From Tetramitus jugosus (Eukaryota; Protista; Heterolobosea), in the NCBI GenBank assembly GCA_937625935.1, contig OW569349.1:310001-374000 (forward strand): DNA of 64,000 bases, read 5' to 3'. A model generated the notes under the pieces. The model was not told the origin of the DNA, did no database searches, and saw only the letters and a list, made by a program, of their open reading frames with translations. Shown here piece by piece: positions 1-10,739 of this stretch (the first letter of the stretch is position 1; every line of letters starts with the position of its first letter). Position numbers and translations under genes: made by a program.

Positions 1-244
1 ACAGCTGGTGCAAACCGTCAAATTTTATTTTTTTGAGCGAAGCAGCAATGGCCCGCCTGTGTCGCACAACGAAGTCGTTGGTTAGTTCAAGTATAATTCA
101 AGAGTTGTGGGGAGATGATGGCTCTGAAGTTTCTCCCCTGACACAGGTTGTCAATGAACGACATGATATTCCGAAACTCCCCGAACAAATTCGACTCTTC
201 TGTAGATGTCGGAAGTTTGACAAAAAGTTCAGCCAAAATCACTC

Positions 245-1249
245 TTGGAGCTCCAAATTCTTGATCAAGTTAAACAACATCAACAAGCAAAAAAATCTTT
301 GCTCACCAACAACAACAATAACCACAATAACAAACAACAAATGCAACGATTCACCAGATTAATAGTTTCAACAATCAACCGTTCTCATCACATACGGCGA
401 AACGCTACTCGTGCTCTACCACAACAAGAGATGTCAACAACACATCGTTGTTTCTCAAGATCACCATCACTACAATTCCGACAAAATGCAACAACAACAT
501 CGAAACTGAATAACAATAATAATAATACGATCATCAACCATTCACCTTCCAATTGTACTCTATCCAATCATCAATGTGTCACTTTTCACACGAGATTCAC
601 AAACAACAACAATAACAGTAGTGATCAAAATCATCAACAACAAAAAATGAATAGTTCTATTCTGTATGAGAGCAACTCATCTTCACCCATACTCGTTGCA
701 CAACAAGCCTACGTTCGACACCGAAACATTATTTGGCTCGTTGGTGCCAATGCTGCACTCCTCTATCTACCCATTGTAGCTCCAGCACTCAAAATCATTA
801 CAGTGTTGAGCAGTATAGTGTTTGGTTATTTTTCAAAGCAAAACAATCGAAATCATGTGCCTACGATATTGAAATCCATATCGATTGACTCTAGTGATGA
901 CAGTCGATTCTTGTTGGAGCGATTTGATGGAAGAAAGACAAGTGTTCCCATCAGAGATGTCATTATGGATCATGAGCCATTGTTTAAGGTGTATATGCCG
1001 TTTGGATCATTCTTTTGGAGGTCTTTCCTGTTGAATAAGAGTGATATGAGGAGTGCGAACGAGTTGCGATTCATGGTTGTAAAGTTGGGTGATAGCATGA
1101 GAGAGGACACGAGAAATTTGTCGTTTAATCGCGAGGGTGAAGTAGTGCGAACAGTGTACACTGTGAGGGCAGATGATGAAACGTTGGATGGGTTGAGGGA
1201 GCGATTGGAACAAGTGAGATCTCATCATGATCCACCATCGCAGTTTTAA
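245..1249 (+). CDS. Uncharacterised membrane protein, possibly mitochondrial (true start may be ~341, MQRFTR)
   Basis: 334-aa ORF with R/S/T-rich, Asn-rich N-terminus resembling a transit peptide, followed by hydrophobic segments (IIWLVGANAALLYLPIV...). Confidence 0.45.
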   Translation: MELQILDQVKQHQQAKKSLLTNNNNNHNNKQQMQRFTRLIVSTINRSHHIRRNATRALPQQEMSTTHRCFSRSPSLQFRQNATTTSKLNNNNNNTIINHSPSNCTLSNHQCVTFHTRFTNNNNNSSDQNHQQQKMNSSILYESNSSSPILVAQQAYVRHRNIIWLVGANAALLYLPIVAPALKIITVLSSIVFGYFSKQNNRNHVPTILKSISIDSSDDSRFLLERFDGRKTSVPIRDVIMDHEPLFKVYMPFGSFFWRSFLLNKSDMRSANELRFMVVKLGDSMREDTRNLSFNREGEVVRTVYTVRADDETLDGLRERLEQVRSHHDPPSQF

Positions 1250-1342
1250 TAATGGATGGAGATGAGGGGTGAATAAAATTACAAATGTAAACAAGAATGA
1301 ATTTCAATTGTATATTTTCCTTTTTCCTTGAACAACTTTCAA

Positions 1343-2864
1343 TTAATTGAATTTGCTCTTGGTGTTGATCGATGAGAAGGATGCAGCTCTGGGGAACATC
1401 ATTTCCTTGATGTTGCTCAGAATGCCCTTGTCGTAAATGTTTGGCAACGATCTGAATCCTTTCTTGACATTTTCGCTCACGGTAATCAATTGTTTCAGTC
1501 TCCATTCCTTGTCGACTGGTATTGGAGCACGTTGTTTGATCACGGGTGCGTTATTATTGGACGATGTGGAGGATTTTCTCTGTGCAGATTTCTTATTCTT
1601 CTTGTTGTTCGATTCAGTTTCATTCACAGTTGCTTGTTGCTTCTGCTGTTGTTGATCTACTTCATCGTCGTCATCATAGATTCGATGATACAGTTCCTTC
1701 ATGTCATCCGGATTCTTTGTTGTTGGATTGTTGCGATACAGATACACGATTCGGTGCAACTTGCCAATATCGTCCCACTTGAACGTTTCATTAGTCGTTC
1801 TATTTTTCATGGTCAAATACATGTGATATCCCCAGAATCCAAACAACATCATTCCAATCGCAATCAAGAAGAACCACTGTGCAATCACAATCAAATACAT
1901 GGACAGCATGTACTGCACAATAATGATTGGAGTGGCTTGAATCTGTTGACCACTTGGTGTCATAAACACTGACTCCATCAAATTTTCCTGTTCGACAATA
2001 CCGTACAGCACAGCACCATACAGATAGGCACCATAGAAGCACGCCACATAATTCATCACCAAAAACAAGTGAAACCATCGATAGTTCAATTCACCGACAT
2101 CGTTATTCAACCAACCACAAAAGTGATCAAATCTAGCAATGCATTTACCAGTGATGGCACAGTGCTTGGATCTCGGAACTCTCTCCGTGCCGCACGTACG
2201 ACATTTTCTGTCGGGGAAATAGAGCGCAGAGTCGTAGTCGAAACTGGCGAGAAATTGATCTTGATTTTCGGTTGTGATGATACCAGGATTGGCGAAACAA
2301 GCTTTCCAATAGCTAATGTAAGCCAATGACAATGCTAATACACTGGCCACTCTGTCATGCATCAAAAAAGCACATGAGTAGAAAAAACAAACAAGATGAG
2401 AGAATTGTGTGGGTGAGTCAAAAATTCAGCAATCATAAATCCACAAAAAGACAACTTGTACTACTGCTACTACTACTATTCAAAAATAACTTTAAGCTTG
2501 TTAAACTAGAGTCTGAACACACGTACTTGTGATAAATGGGAACTGCAACGTTCGGTATCAGTGGAAACAGGTACATGAAGAACAAGAAGGCATTGACACC
2601 CATCAATGTCAAGTACACAATCTGAAGAATGGGATTCTTTTGATAACACATGTACTTTTCCCATGATTTACAAGTGTTGATGCCTTTTTGACCACAGAGT
2701 GATTGAATGAGTGAGTGAGACCACTTTTTTGGTGCCGTAGTAATCAACATGTGAATTCTACCAATGGTTCCATCTCTGTGATACTGTGTTTGACCCATCA
2801 ACAGTACATAGAGTATGAAAACTGTGATCAGAGTGTAAAGGTAGAGTAGAGTGAAGAGAAACAT
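1343..2864 (-). CDS. DHHC-family S-palmitoyltransferase (Swf1/ZDHHC4-like), 2 exons, intron ~2526-2352
   Basis: Cys-rich domain CRTC..RVPRSKHC..CIARFDHFCGWLNNDVG, TTNE motif and TM helices. ORFs 2433-2987 and 1343-2365 join in frame across a GTACGT...CAG intron. Confidence 0.9.
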
Positions 2865-3067
2865 GTTGTTGTTGTTGGTACTATTGTTGTTGGTGTTCTT
2901 GTTCTCTCTGCTTTTTCTTTTTTGTTTGAGGGAGATCGTTTTTGTTTTCGCTTTTGTCCGCTGCAGGGTCAGCGGAATACAACACAAGAAATGGTATGGG
3001 ATTGAACTATTTATTTTAGTTTTCTCCTTTGAAGCTTGAATAAGTTGAATGAACAGAGATTGGGTTG

Positions 3068-4312
3068 TTATTGAGTGGGGGTATACGATGGAGGAACATA
3101 GCCCAAGTTGGGATAAGGTACACCCATTTGTTGTTCGTCTGGAACTCTCTCTGGTTGATAGTTGGAAGGAAAAACCATCTCATTCTCGTTCTCCATCTTG
3201 ACGTAGTCTGATACAGTGAGAACTCCATGTTTGTCCAACCCGATCTTACTTCCTCGCTTGACCAGTCTAAGCAAAACGAAGCAACCACCAAAACACAGGA
3301 GTGAGTTCACTATCACAGGTACAATGATACTAATCGCCATCAATCTTCGATTGCTTTTGATAACATGAGGAGGGATTGGCCCAACAGGGTTTGGAGGTAC
3401 AGGACCAACTGGATCAGTTTTGTTCTTTTTCCAAAGCATGGGTTCATAAGCCAAATGGAGAGTTCTTTCCTGGGTGGTCTTGTATCCAATATTAACAACA
3501 TAGGAGACACTATTGTTGTATTTGCTGAAGTTGTACGTTGTTGGTATCACAAAGTCAGTGGTTTTAGAAATGAATCGCAGACCACAATCAGTGCCAATGT
3601 TGTACATCCCAGACTTGGCTTCTTCCAACAGAATCCAATAGATGGAATAAGAAACGATACCCTTGAGCTCTGAGCTCAAGACACATTTACCCTGGTTGTC
3701 CGCAGAGGTGCATCGCTTGGCTGCATGAAAAGAGACTGTGTTTGTCTTTGGATTCGATCCATCGACCGTTAACGAGTTGAGATAATTGTAAAACATTCCC
3801 TTTTCGTTGGCTAAGAATCGAAAGAATGAAATAGAAATGCTGATCCTATTATCATAAGAATGTGATGGTTTTCTCGGAGTGATACCAAAGTAATGATAAG
3901 TGGATGCAACAGCAGGAACCTTTTCAAATATGACTGGTCTCTGGGCATAATCACCAAACATGGTCGATTCATAATTGATGGCACTAAAGTTCTGAGAATT
4001 GCTCGGAAACCATTGTAAGCTGCCGTCATCACATGTTGAATCAGTGAGCTTGGAGCAAGATGTATAAAATACATCAATCGTTCCATCACATGCCTCAACT
4101 GCCAATGTAAAATATGCCATCGACCATGCCATGTACTTGTCCATATCAAACCTATAGAATATGACATTATCCTGGGCAATTCTCCTTCCTTGTGATCGAT
4201 CATTGTAATCGAACTCGGTCTCATAATAAGGCGCACAGTCAACCACTTGGTGTTGCTTCAGCAAAAAAGAGAACAGACAAAGGATAAACAGTGAAGATAA
4301 GATGGAGTTCAT
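3068..4312 (-). CDS. Type I single-pass membrane/surface protein of unknown function
   Basis: N-terminal signal peptide, Cys-containing ectodomain, Pro-rich stalk (PVGPVPPNPVGPIPP), TM helix and a cytoplasmic tail with PPSY. Confidence 0.7.
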   Translation of the reverse strand: MNSILSSLFILCLFSFLLKQHQVVDCAPYYETEFDYNDRSQGRRIAQDNVIFYRFDMDKYMAWSMAYFTLAVEACDGTIDVFYTSCSKLTDSTCDDGSLQWFPSNSQNFSAINYESTMFGDYAQRPVIFEKVPAVASTYHYFGITPRKPSHSYDNRISISISFFRFLANEKGMFYNYLNSLTVDGSNPKTNTVSFHAAKRCTSADNQGKCVLSSELKGIVSYSIYWILLEEAKSGMYNIGTDCGLRFISKTTDFVIPTTYNFSKYNNSVSYVVNIGYKTTQERTLHLAYEPMLWKKNKTDPVGPVPPNPVGPIPPHVIKSNRRLMAISIIVPVIVNSLLCFGGCFVLLRLVKRGSKIGLDKHGVLTVSDYVKMENENEMVFPSNYQPERVPDEQQMGVPYPNLGYVPPSYTPTQ

Positions 4313-4617
4313 ATGTGACTAGAAAAATCGCGCTTTTGTGACACCCCGGATGGCCAGCCAGCAAAAACCTTTGTTTGTGTTTATGGTGTTGAAAGTTCGC
4401 GCTCGTTTGAGTTCGGGTTAATCTTCGTTTCTCAGGGGATTCTTCCGGTGGATAGTTTCCATCATGCAACTGGAGGAACACCTGATGGGATTGGGTTGAG
4501 TGGAACAAAGGTCAGGGATAAGATGAAGTTCAGTGACTTGAGAGCTCGCGCTTTTGTGAAACCTCGGTTTCATGTGTTGGGAAAGTTCAATCTCCGTGAA
4601 ATTCTTCCGTCGTCGGA

Positions 4618-5457
4618 ATGGGCAAGTGGTGTCCAAGCAAAAACAACATCATGCACCTCAGAGGAAACACCTACCAACGATTGACTCACTTGATTTCTCA
4701 CTTGCATCCTTCATCCAAACAACAACAACAACATCAATTCATCACAATGACCACAACAACAGCAACGAGAAGTGCTTCTACGTCCCTCAGTAGTATCTAC
4801 CAAAAATTAGAGGTCATTCCACCAGTCGGAACGCACAAGTCCACTCTCATTTGGATGCACGGACTAGGAGATTCCAGTGCGGGATTTCAGTCCATGTTTG
4901 AGATGATGGCGCCAAAAAACACAAAAATTATTTTGCCGAACGCGCCAATGAGACCCATTACGGTGAATGACGGGTATGTGATGAGGGGTTGGTATGATAT
5001 TGTGAGCTTGAATGATCGATTAGAGGAACATGAAGACAAGCAGGGCATATACGAGAGCTGTGAAATGGTTCATCAGCTATTGGACAATGAGTTTGCAGAG
5101 ACGGATCGAGTTGTTTGTGGTGGGTTCAGTCAAGGAGCGGCCATGACATTGGCTAGTGTGCTTTCCTATGAGAAGCACAAGCTAGAGGCCATGATCATTG
5201 GGAGTGGATATGCACTGCTAGGCAAGAGTCTCCTGGGCAGTCGCTACCAGAGTATTCAAGACAATGTTCCCATCTATATTTTCCATGGAAAGATGGATCA
5301 AGTAGTGTCGTACCAGTATGCTATGAAGAGCTTTAATGAACTATTGGAGAAGAGAGGTGAGACGACTGAGGTGTTTATAGAGAAATATCAGGGTCATGAG
5401 ATTTCAGATGACGAGTACGCAAAGATTACTGAGCTGATTGAGAAGCATTGCTCTTGA
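4618..5457 (+). CDS. Acyl-protein thioesterase / phospholipase-carboxylesterase (APT1/LYPLA-like), copy 1; start may be ~4747
   Basis: WMHGLGDS, PNAP, WYDI, GFSQG nucleophile elbow, HG..D..V and GH catalytic motifs. Confidence 0.9.
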   Translation: MGKWCPSKNNIMHLRGNTYQRLTHLISHLHPSSKQQQQHQFITMTTTTATRSASTSLSSIYQKLEVIPPVGTHKSTLIWMHGLGDSSAGFQSMFEMMAPKNTKIILPNAPMRPITVNDGYVMRGWYDIVSLNDRLEEHEDKQGIYESCEMVHQLLDNEFAETDRVVCGGFSQGAAMTLASVLSYEKHKLEAMIIGSGYALLGKSLLGSRYQSIQDNVPIYIFHGKMDQVVSYQYAMKSFNELLEKRGETTEVFIEKYQGHEISDDEYAKITELIEKHCS

Positions 5458-5696
5458 AGCGCTTATAAGTCTTTTGTCAGCAAATAAACACTTGCTCATG
5501 GACTTTGTGGCTTGTAAACTGTTGTAGAATCTTTCCGAAGCGTCGAAGACATTCTCGGACATTTTACTCCAATGGGCAATTCTTCTTCGAGTTGATATGT
5601 CCTTGACTAATTCAACAGGCACCCCACAAAATAAAGCAACAGACATAACAAGATCACTCAAATCAAACCTTTGAAATTATCCAAGAAACCAAAAGA

Positions 5697-6386
5697 ATGG
5701 CATCTAGTTCTGACATCTATGAACAACTTCAAGTCGAAGTGATTGAACCAATCGGTACCCACAAGTCCACACTCGTTTGGATGCACGGACTAGGAGATTC
5801 AAGCAAAGGCTTCCTATCCATGTTCCGCAACATGGCTCCAAAGAATACAAAGATTGTCTTGCCGAACGCTCCAAAAAGATCCATTACGGTAAGTAATGGT
5901 CGTGTCATGCGTGCATGGTATGACATTAAGAGCTTCACTGACAGATCTGAGGAGAAACAAGACCAAGAGGGCATTCACCAAAGTGCTTCACTCCTTCATC
6001 AACTACTGGACAGAGAGTTCTCCTACACGGACAAGGTAGTATGTGGAGGTTTCAGTCAAGGTGGTTCCATGACACTTGCAGGCTGTCTCTCCTATGAGAC
6101 TCACAAGTTAGAGGCATTGATCATTGCAAGTGGAATCGCACTGTTGGGTAAGAGTCTTCTGGGAAGTCGGTACAAGAACATGCAAGACAATGTTCCCATT
6201 TACATCTTCCACGGTGAAGTCGATCGTGTGATTCAGTATCAGCACGCCATGAAGAGCTTTGCAGAGTTAGTTGAGAGAAGAGGCGATAAAGTACAGATCT
6301 TTACGGAGCCCAATCAAGGTCACGAAATTACTGACAGCGAGTATTTGAAGCTCGTCGAACTTATCACAAAGCATTGTGCCAACTAA
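5697..6386 (+). CDS. Acyl-protein thioesterase / phospholipase-carboxylesterase, tandem copy 2
   Basis: Same motifs as copy 1 and a clear paralog of it. Confidence 0.9.
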   Translation: MASSSDIYEQLQVEVIEPIGTHKSTLVWMHGLGDSSKGFLSMFRNMAPKNTKIVLPNAPKRSITVSNGRVMRAWYDIKSFTDRSEEKQDQEGIHQSASLLHQLLDREFSYTDKVVCGGFSQGGSMTLAGCLSYETHKLEALIIASGIALLGKSLLGSRYKNMQDNVPIYIFHGEVDRVIQYQHAMKSFAELVERRGDKVQIFTEPNQGHEITDSEYLKLVELITKHCAN

Positions 6387-6412
6387 ACAACAAAAAAAAG
6401 AATCAAATAAAG

Positions 6413-7954
6413 ATGAGAACTTCCGGCGGTGATAACTATTGTTCTGTCCTTGAAGATTTGTACTTTGGTGATGTACAGTGTCATTTGGCTCATGTGGATG
6501 GGCATAGCTTTTCTGTCATGGCTGGTCAAACCATCAAACCGGGTCAATTCTCGGATATGGTTGATGAGGAAAGTGGAATAACTGTCGGGAATATCAAAAA
6601 CAGTGTGAACCAATATTTGGAGCCTTGCGTATTCCTGGGCAAAGAATATGAAAATCTGATTATGCCTGCTGTTCCTGGACTGCCGATGCAAGTGTCCAAT
6701 GATACCCAAGAGATGAAACACACTCTATTCCATAAACCATTGATCAAGGATGAGCATGGCTCGATTGTTGGAGTGCAGAGTGGTGTTAGATCTGCATTGG
6801 TCAAAGATATTAGTCAAACAGCGAAGAGTGATAACTGGATGCGATTGAAGGGCTGCGGCAACAATTATCATCGTTTTCCTCTGCATAATGTGAATCATAA
6901 GGCACAATATGCACATTGTGTCAATATTAGAGGATGTTCATTTGAAACAACTTGTTTCAGAGAGTTATACTTTTCTGAGAAGATTAATCAATTGTTGCAT
7001 CAGATGAATCGGCCTCTTGGGAATGAACCGATTGGTTGGTTTGAGTATCAGGAAGATTCCGATTGTCTGCCCGTCGTTAAACGATTATGTTCTATATTTG
7101 AGACACCAGGTGATAAAAGACTTAATGATCATCTGTTAGTAGGATTAGAGACGCTTCTCCAATTTGTTTCGTTTGACAGCAGTGACTTAGCTTTGCTGGT
7201 GTCACCTGCTCGTCGTAGCGATGATCAAGACAATTACATCGAGAGTACATGGTGGACAGTTCTGAAGAATGAGTCGGTTGGTGTATCATTTACAGACTTT
7301 ATAGATACCTATCGCTTGAAAATTGATCTAGGCTCATCCCAACCCGAATTGAATCACATGATTCCCTCAAAATATTCACAACTGTGGTATCGATGCCTCC
7401 AGCAATTGGACAATACGAAACTAATCTCTGACTTGGACTCACCTGGGAATTTGTTCTCATACTTATACTGGAGATTGGGAAGAGAAGTAGGCGAGATTCA
7501 GAAGCTTCTGCTAGATAATGAGATCAGTTGGGGTACTTATAGTGATCAGTTGGGAGACCATTGCAATGCTCATCCTAACAACTTTGTTATTCTACCTCCT
7601 AGTGACAACAACCACAATTGTTTCTTGGCTCCAGTAGATTTCGATATGGCCTATAGCAAGCAAGAGTTCACGAGAGAAGAGAATCTGTGGAAGCAGTGGC
7701 GAGATCAGGAAAAACAAGCACTTCTCATGGAGCTGGCGGGAGCTATGTTGTCTACGGGATTGAAAGAACTTGTACAGTATGAAAATGTTAGCACTGACAA
7801 CTTACGATGGTCATTGAGAGATACGATGGTTTTGGCCTACCTCGATGCTCTTCATGGAGTGAAAGATAAACATCCTGTGAAACCAGAGCTAGATGATGGA
7901 GTGCATGCACTGATACAGATGGCGTTGATTCTGACATCAAGTAATATTGCTTAA
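6413..7954 (+). CDS. Uncharacterised protein with atypical kinase / SelO-like motifs
   Basis: Long ORF (ATG at 6413) with motifs SGVRSA, RLKGCG, RG....CFRELYFSE and NAHPNNFVI...PVDFD. Confidence 0.5.
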   Translation: MRTSGGDNYCSVLEDLYFGDVQCHLAHVDGHSFSVMAGQTIKPGQFSDMVDEESGITVGNIKNSVNQYLEPCVFLGKEYENLIMPAVPGLPMQVSNDTQEMKHTLFHKPLIKDEHGSIVGVQSGVRSALVKDISQTAKSDNWMRLKGCGNNYHRFPLHNVNHKAQYAHCVNIRGCSFETTCFRELYFSEKINQLLHQMNRPLGNEPIGWFEYQEDSDCLPVVKRLCSIFETPGDKRLNDHLLVGLETLLQFVSFDSSDLALLVSPARRSDDQDNYIESTWWTVLKNESVGVSFTDFIDTYRLKIDLGSSQPELNHMIPSKYSQLWYRCLQQLDNTKLISDLDSPGNLFSYLYWRLGREVGEIQKLLLDNEISWGTYSDQLGDHCNAHPNNFVILPPSDNNHNCFLAPVDFDMAYSKQEFTREENLWKQWRDQEKQALLMELAGAMLSTGLKELVQYENVSTDNLRWSLRDTMVLAYLDALHGVKDKHPVKPELDDGVHALIQMALILTSSNIA

Positions 7955-8020
7955 GATTATAATATTAACCTTCATTATTTATAATATATACACTTGTCCC
8001 AATCCTATTTCTTTTCTTTT

Positions 8021-9547
8021 CTAAAATCTGGAAATATCCCTACCAAAGAAGAATGTGATCATCCAATTGAATGGCACTAAGACCTTGTTCTTGAATGAAA
8101 CCAATTTTGTCAAATAAGCTGATCGCCAGAAAATCCAAGCCAGATAGCCGCCAAACTTGTGCTTGTGTTGTTTTTCACCCAGTTCAGTCACAGCTCGATA
8201 ATCACCAATATAGGCCATCAATCCCTGATGATGATAGATGAATTGCTTGTCATACTTGTCATCGTTCAGCAACTTTGACAGATACTTGCCTTGTTGTTGA
8301 GCAACTTGTGCCGTAGCGGCCAATGGTCTCGATTCAATCATGGAACAATCACCCATTGCATACACGTTATCAAATCCTTTCACTTTCAACGAATCATCCA
8401 CCAACAACTTTCTTGATCTGGGATCAATCGGCAATGTTTCATGACCCTTCATGAGCAATTCTCTTGCTTGAATACCTGCACTCCAAATAATCATGCCGCA
8501 CTCAACCTTTGATCCATCATCCAACAACAATGTATTCTTGTCCAACACTTGTTGAACCTTCTTGTGCAAACGAACCTTGATTCCATCTCTCATAAACACT
8601 TTCATGGTCTGTTTCTGCAACGTCGAGTCAAACGCACCCAACAGTGTTTCCGATGCCTCCAAGATGGTCATTCGAACATCGACAATAGTCTCTGGAGGGA
8701 AATAACGACGCAAATCTTGAGTAATCAAGTCATGAATCTCAGCACTCAGTTCCACGCCAGTTGGTCCTGCACCCACAACAACAATGTGCAACAATTGTTC
8801 CTTGAGGTGAACAGGTGTGTTCGGATTTGATGCTCTCTCAAAATTTTCAATCAACTTGGAGCGAACTCTTCGAGCATCTCCCAGTTCTTTCATAAAGTAG
8901 CTGTGTTCCTTGACGCCCGGTATGTTGAACGTGTTTACATCACATCCCACAGCAACCACAAGCTTGTCATACTTGAGTGTAAAGTGAGGATCACCCTTGT
9001 TCAACGGACTGCAGTCGACCGTTTGATTCGCAGTATCAATCTCCTCACAACTCGCCTCAAAAAAGTGATAATCAGGATGGACCCTCGCTCTTCTCAATGG
9101 TTCGATAATACTCCGAAATTCTACATTGTACTTGTTGAGATCGATGCCCTTAAGCAGACGGAAACCGCCCCAACCACCACCCAAAATGACTAGATTTTGT
9201 TTCTTGTCGTCAGAGCTCTGCACAGAGAAGAGAGTGCCCAATGTTCGCTTGGCACTTTGCGAGAACGATGATGACGATGAACTTGACTTGTTGTCGGCAG
9301 CGGTCGGCTCAGATGATGCTGTTGCTGCGGTTGCCATCAATGGTTGTTTACTGCTTGTGGTCGTGTTAAACATGGAGAATAGAGCGATCGATGATGATTT
9401 GTTATTGTTGTTCAATGTGGCAGAGAACAGTACATTGGAACTGTGATGTTGGTGCTTGTTGAGAAACAAGGAGGATGCATGTCTGATCCATCTGCCCTTC
9501 CACGCAGAAGCAGGTGTGAAAGTCAGGAGGAGTCGATGCTGATGGGA
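8021..9547 (-). CDS. Type II (alternative) NADH:ubiquinone oxidoreductase, NDI1/NDE-like; start within 9547-9568 uncertain
   Basis: LVILGGGWGG and VVVGAGPTGVE Rossmann motifs, YDKLVVAVG, ATAQVAQQQG, WRSAY and GRDISRF C-terminus; transit-peptide-like N-terminus. Confidence 0.92.
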   Translation of the reverse strand, partial: SHQHRLLLTFTPASAWKGRWIRHASSLFLNKHQHHSSNVLFSATLNNNNKSSSIALFSMFNTTTSSKQPLMATAATASSEPTAADNKSSSSSSSFSQSAKRTLGTLFSVQSSDDKKQNLVILGGGWGGFRLLKGIDLNKYNVEFRSIIEPLRRARVHPDYHFFEASCEEIDTANQTVDCSPLNKGDPHFTLKYDKLVVAVGCDVNTFNIPGVKEHSYFMKELGDARRVRSKLIENFERASNPNTPVHLKEQLLHIVVVGAGPTGVELSAEIHDLITQDLRRYFPPETIVDVRMTILEASETLLGAFDSTLQKQTMKVFMRDGIKVRLHKKVQQVLDKNTLLLDDGSKVECGMIIWSAGIQARELLMKGHETLPIDPRSRKLLVDDSLKVKGFDNVYAMGDCSMIESRPLAATAQVAQQQGKYLSKLLNDDKYDKQFIYHHQGLMAYIGDYRAVTELGEKQHKHKFGGYLAWIFWRSAYLTKLVSFKNKVLVPFNWMITFFFGRDISRF

Positions 9548-10739
9548 CAAGATTGGTGCGATCATCATCTTGATTCGAAAAGTATGATGAGTGATGATAG
9601 TACGAGAAGTCAGTGTGAACGCTAAAATGGATCGGTATCAGTTATGAGTTCTTTGTTTCTCTTCGGAGATCGGTCTTGACTTTTCAATGAAAATTCCAAA
9701 GTTCTTCCGAATATGTTTAGGCTACTTTTAGTGTGAAAACAGTTCGTAATTTTTTTCCGAACTACAAAAGAGCGATTAACTTTACCCACCGAGTTGAATC
9801 GAATGGATGTCGTTGTGCTCTTCGTTGATTTCACTCCAAACTACTTCACCAGGTGGAGGATTGAAGCCTCGGGTTGTTCATCCGCCAAATACCGATATCA
9901 TCCTATGAGACCCGGCATTTCAACAGACCGATAGGCGGGTTACTTCGATTCGTTGATCAACACTATGACAAAATTACAGGTCTTGATTCGCAAATTGTTT
10001 ATTTGTTGAAAGTGCCTAAAAGCATTGTACAAAATCTTTATTGACTTGATCGTGAAAAGACATAAACCTCCAGAAATTCTCTTCTTACTCTAGCAAACAC
10101 TAGAGAAGTGGCATTCACTTACTCTAGGATTTGCCGGTTCTCCGCACTGACAGAGGTGTGGTACAATCCTTTGTCCTTCTACCCCCACTAACTCAGGAGT
10201 AGTCTCCATACTAGCAGTGGATTGGGCAACTCCTTATTCCGATATGGGAATAGATTTGTTGCCCACTTGACTTTTCCAATTCCTTGGTGAGTTCTGTGAC
10301 CTATCTAGGCGGTCCGTCAATCACCATCAACAACACCTCGTACATCTTGGTATTGTTGACAGCCTTGAGAGAATCATATAATCTCTTGACGTATCTAGTG
10401 ATCTCATTCCATCCCCTGAGCACTGCTCATGCATAGGTTTCATAACCACGAAAACAGTGATATGCTTTTTGAGCACACTGGCTACCTTCACAGGTCCCAG
10501 CAGCATATTGAAATGCAACTGAAAACTTGTAGTAGTTTAATGGGTAGCTTGACTGACCTTTTCTCTTGATGACTCTCCGTTGCTCTAGTCAACATCTTTC
10601 TTGTCAATGTTAATTGAGAGACCATTACCGTTACCATTAATGGAAGAAAGAGCGTTATCTCCTCCATTTCTTCTTAATTCTAATATAAGTGATGAAGAGT
10701 TTCGACCCACCTCCTTTTTACCTTGTTCACAAATGTTCT

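Noticed and set aside
280-650. (CAA)n/(AAC)n tracts here and throughout as functional repeat arrays
   Set aside because: Genome-wide low-complexity poly-N/Q coding and leader sequence
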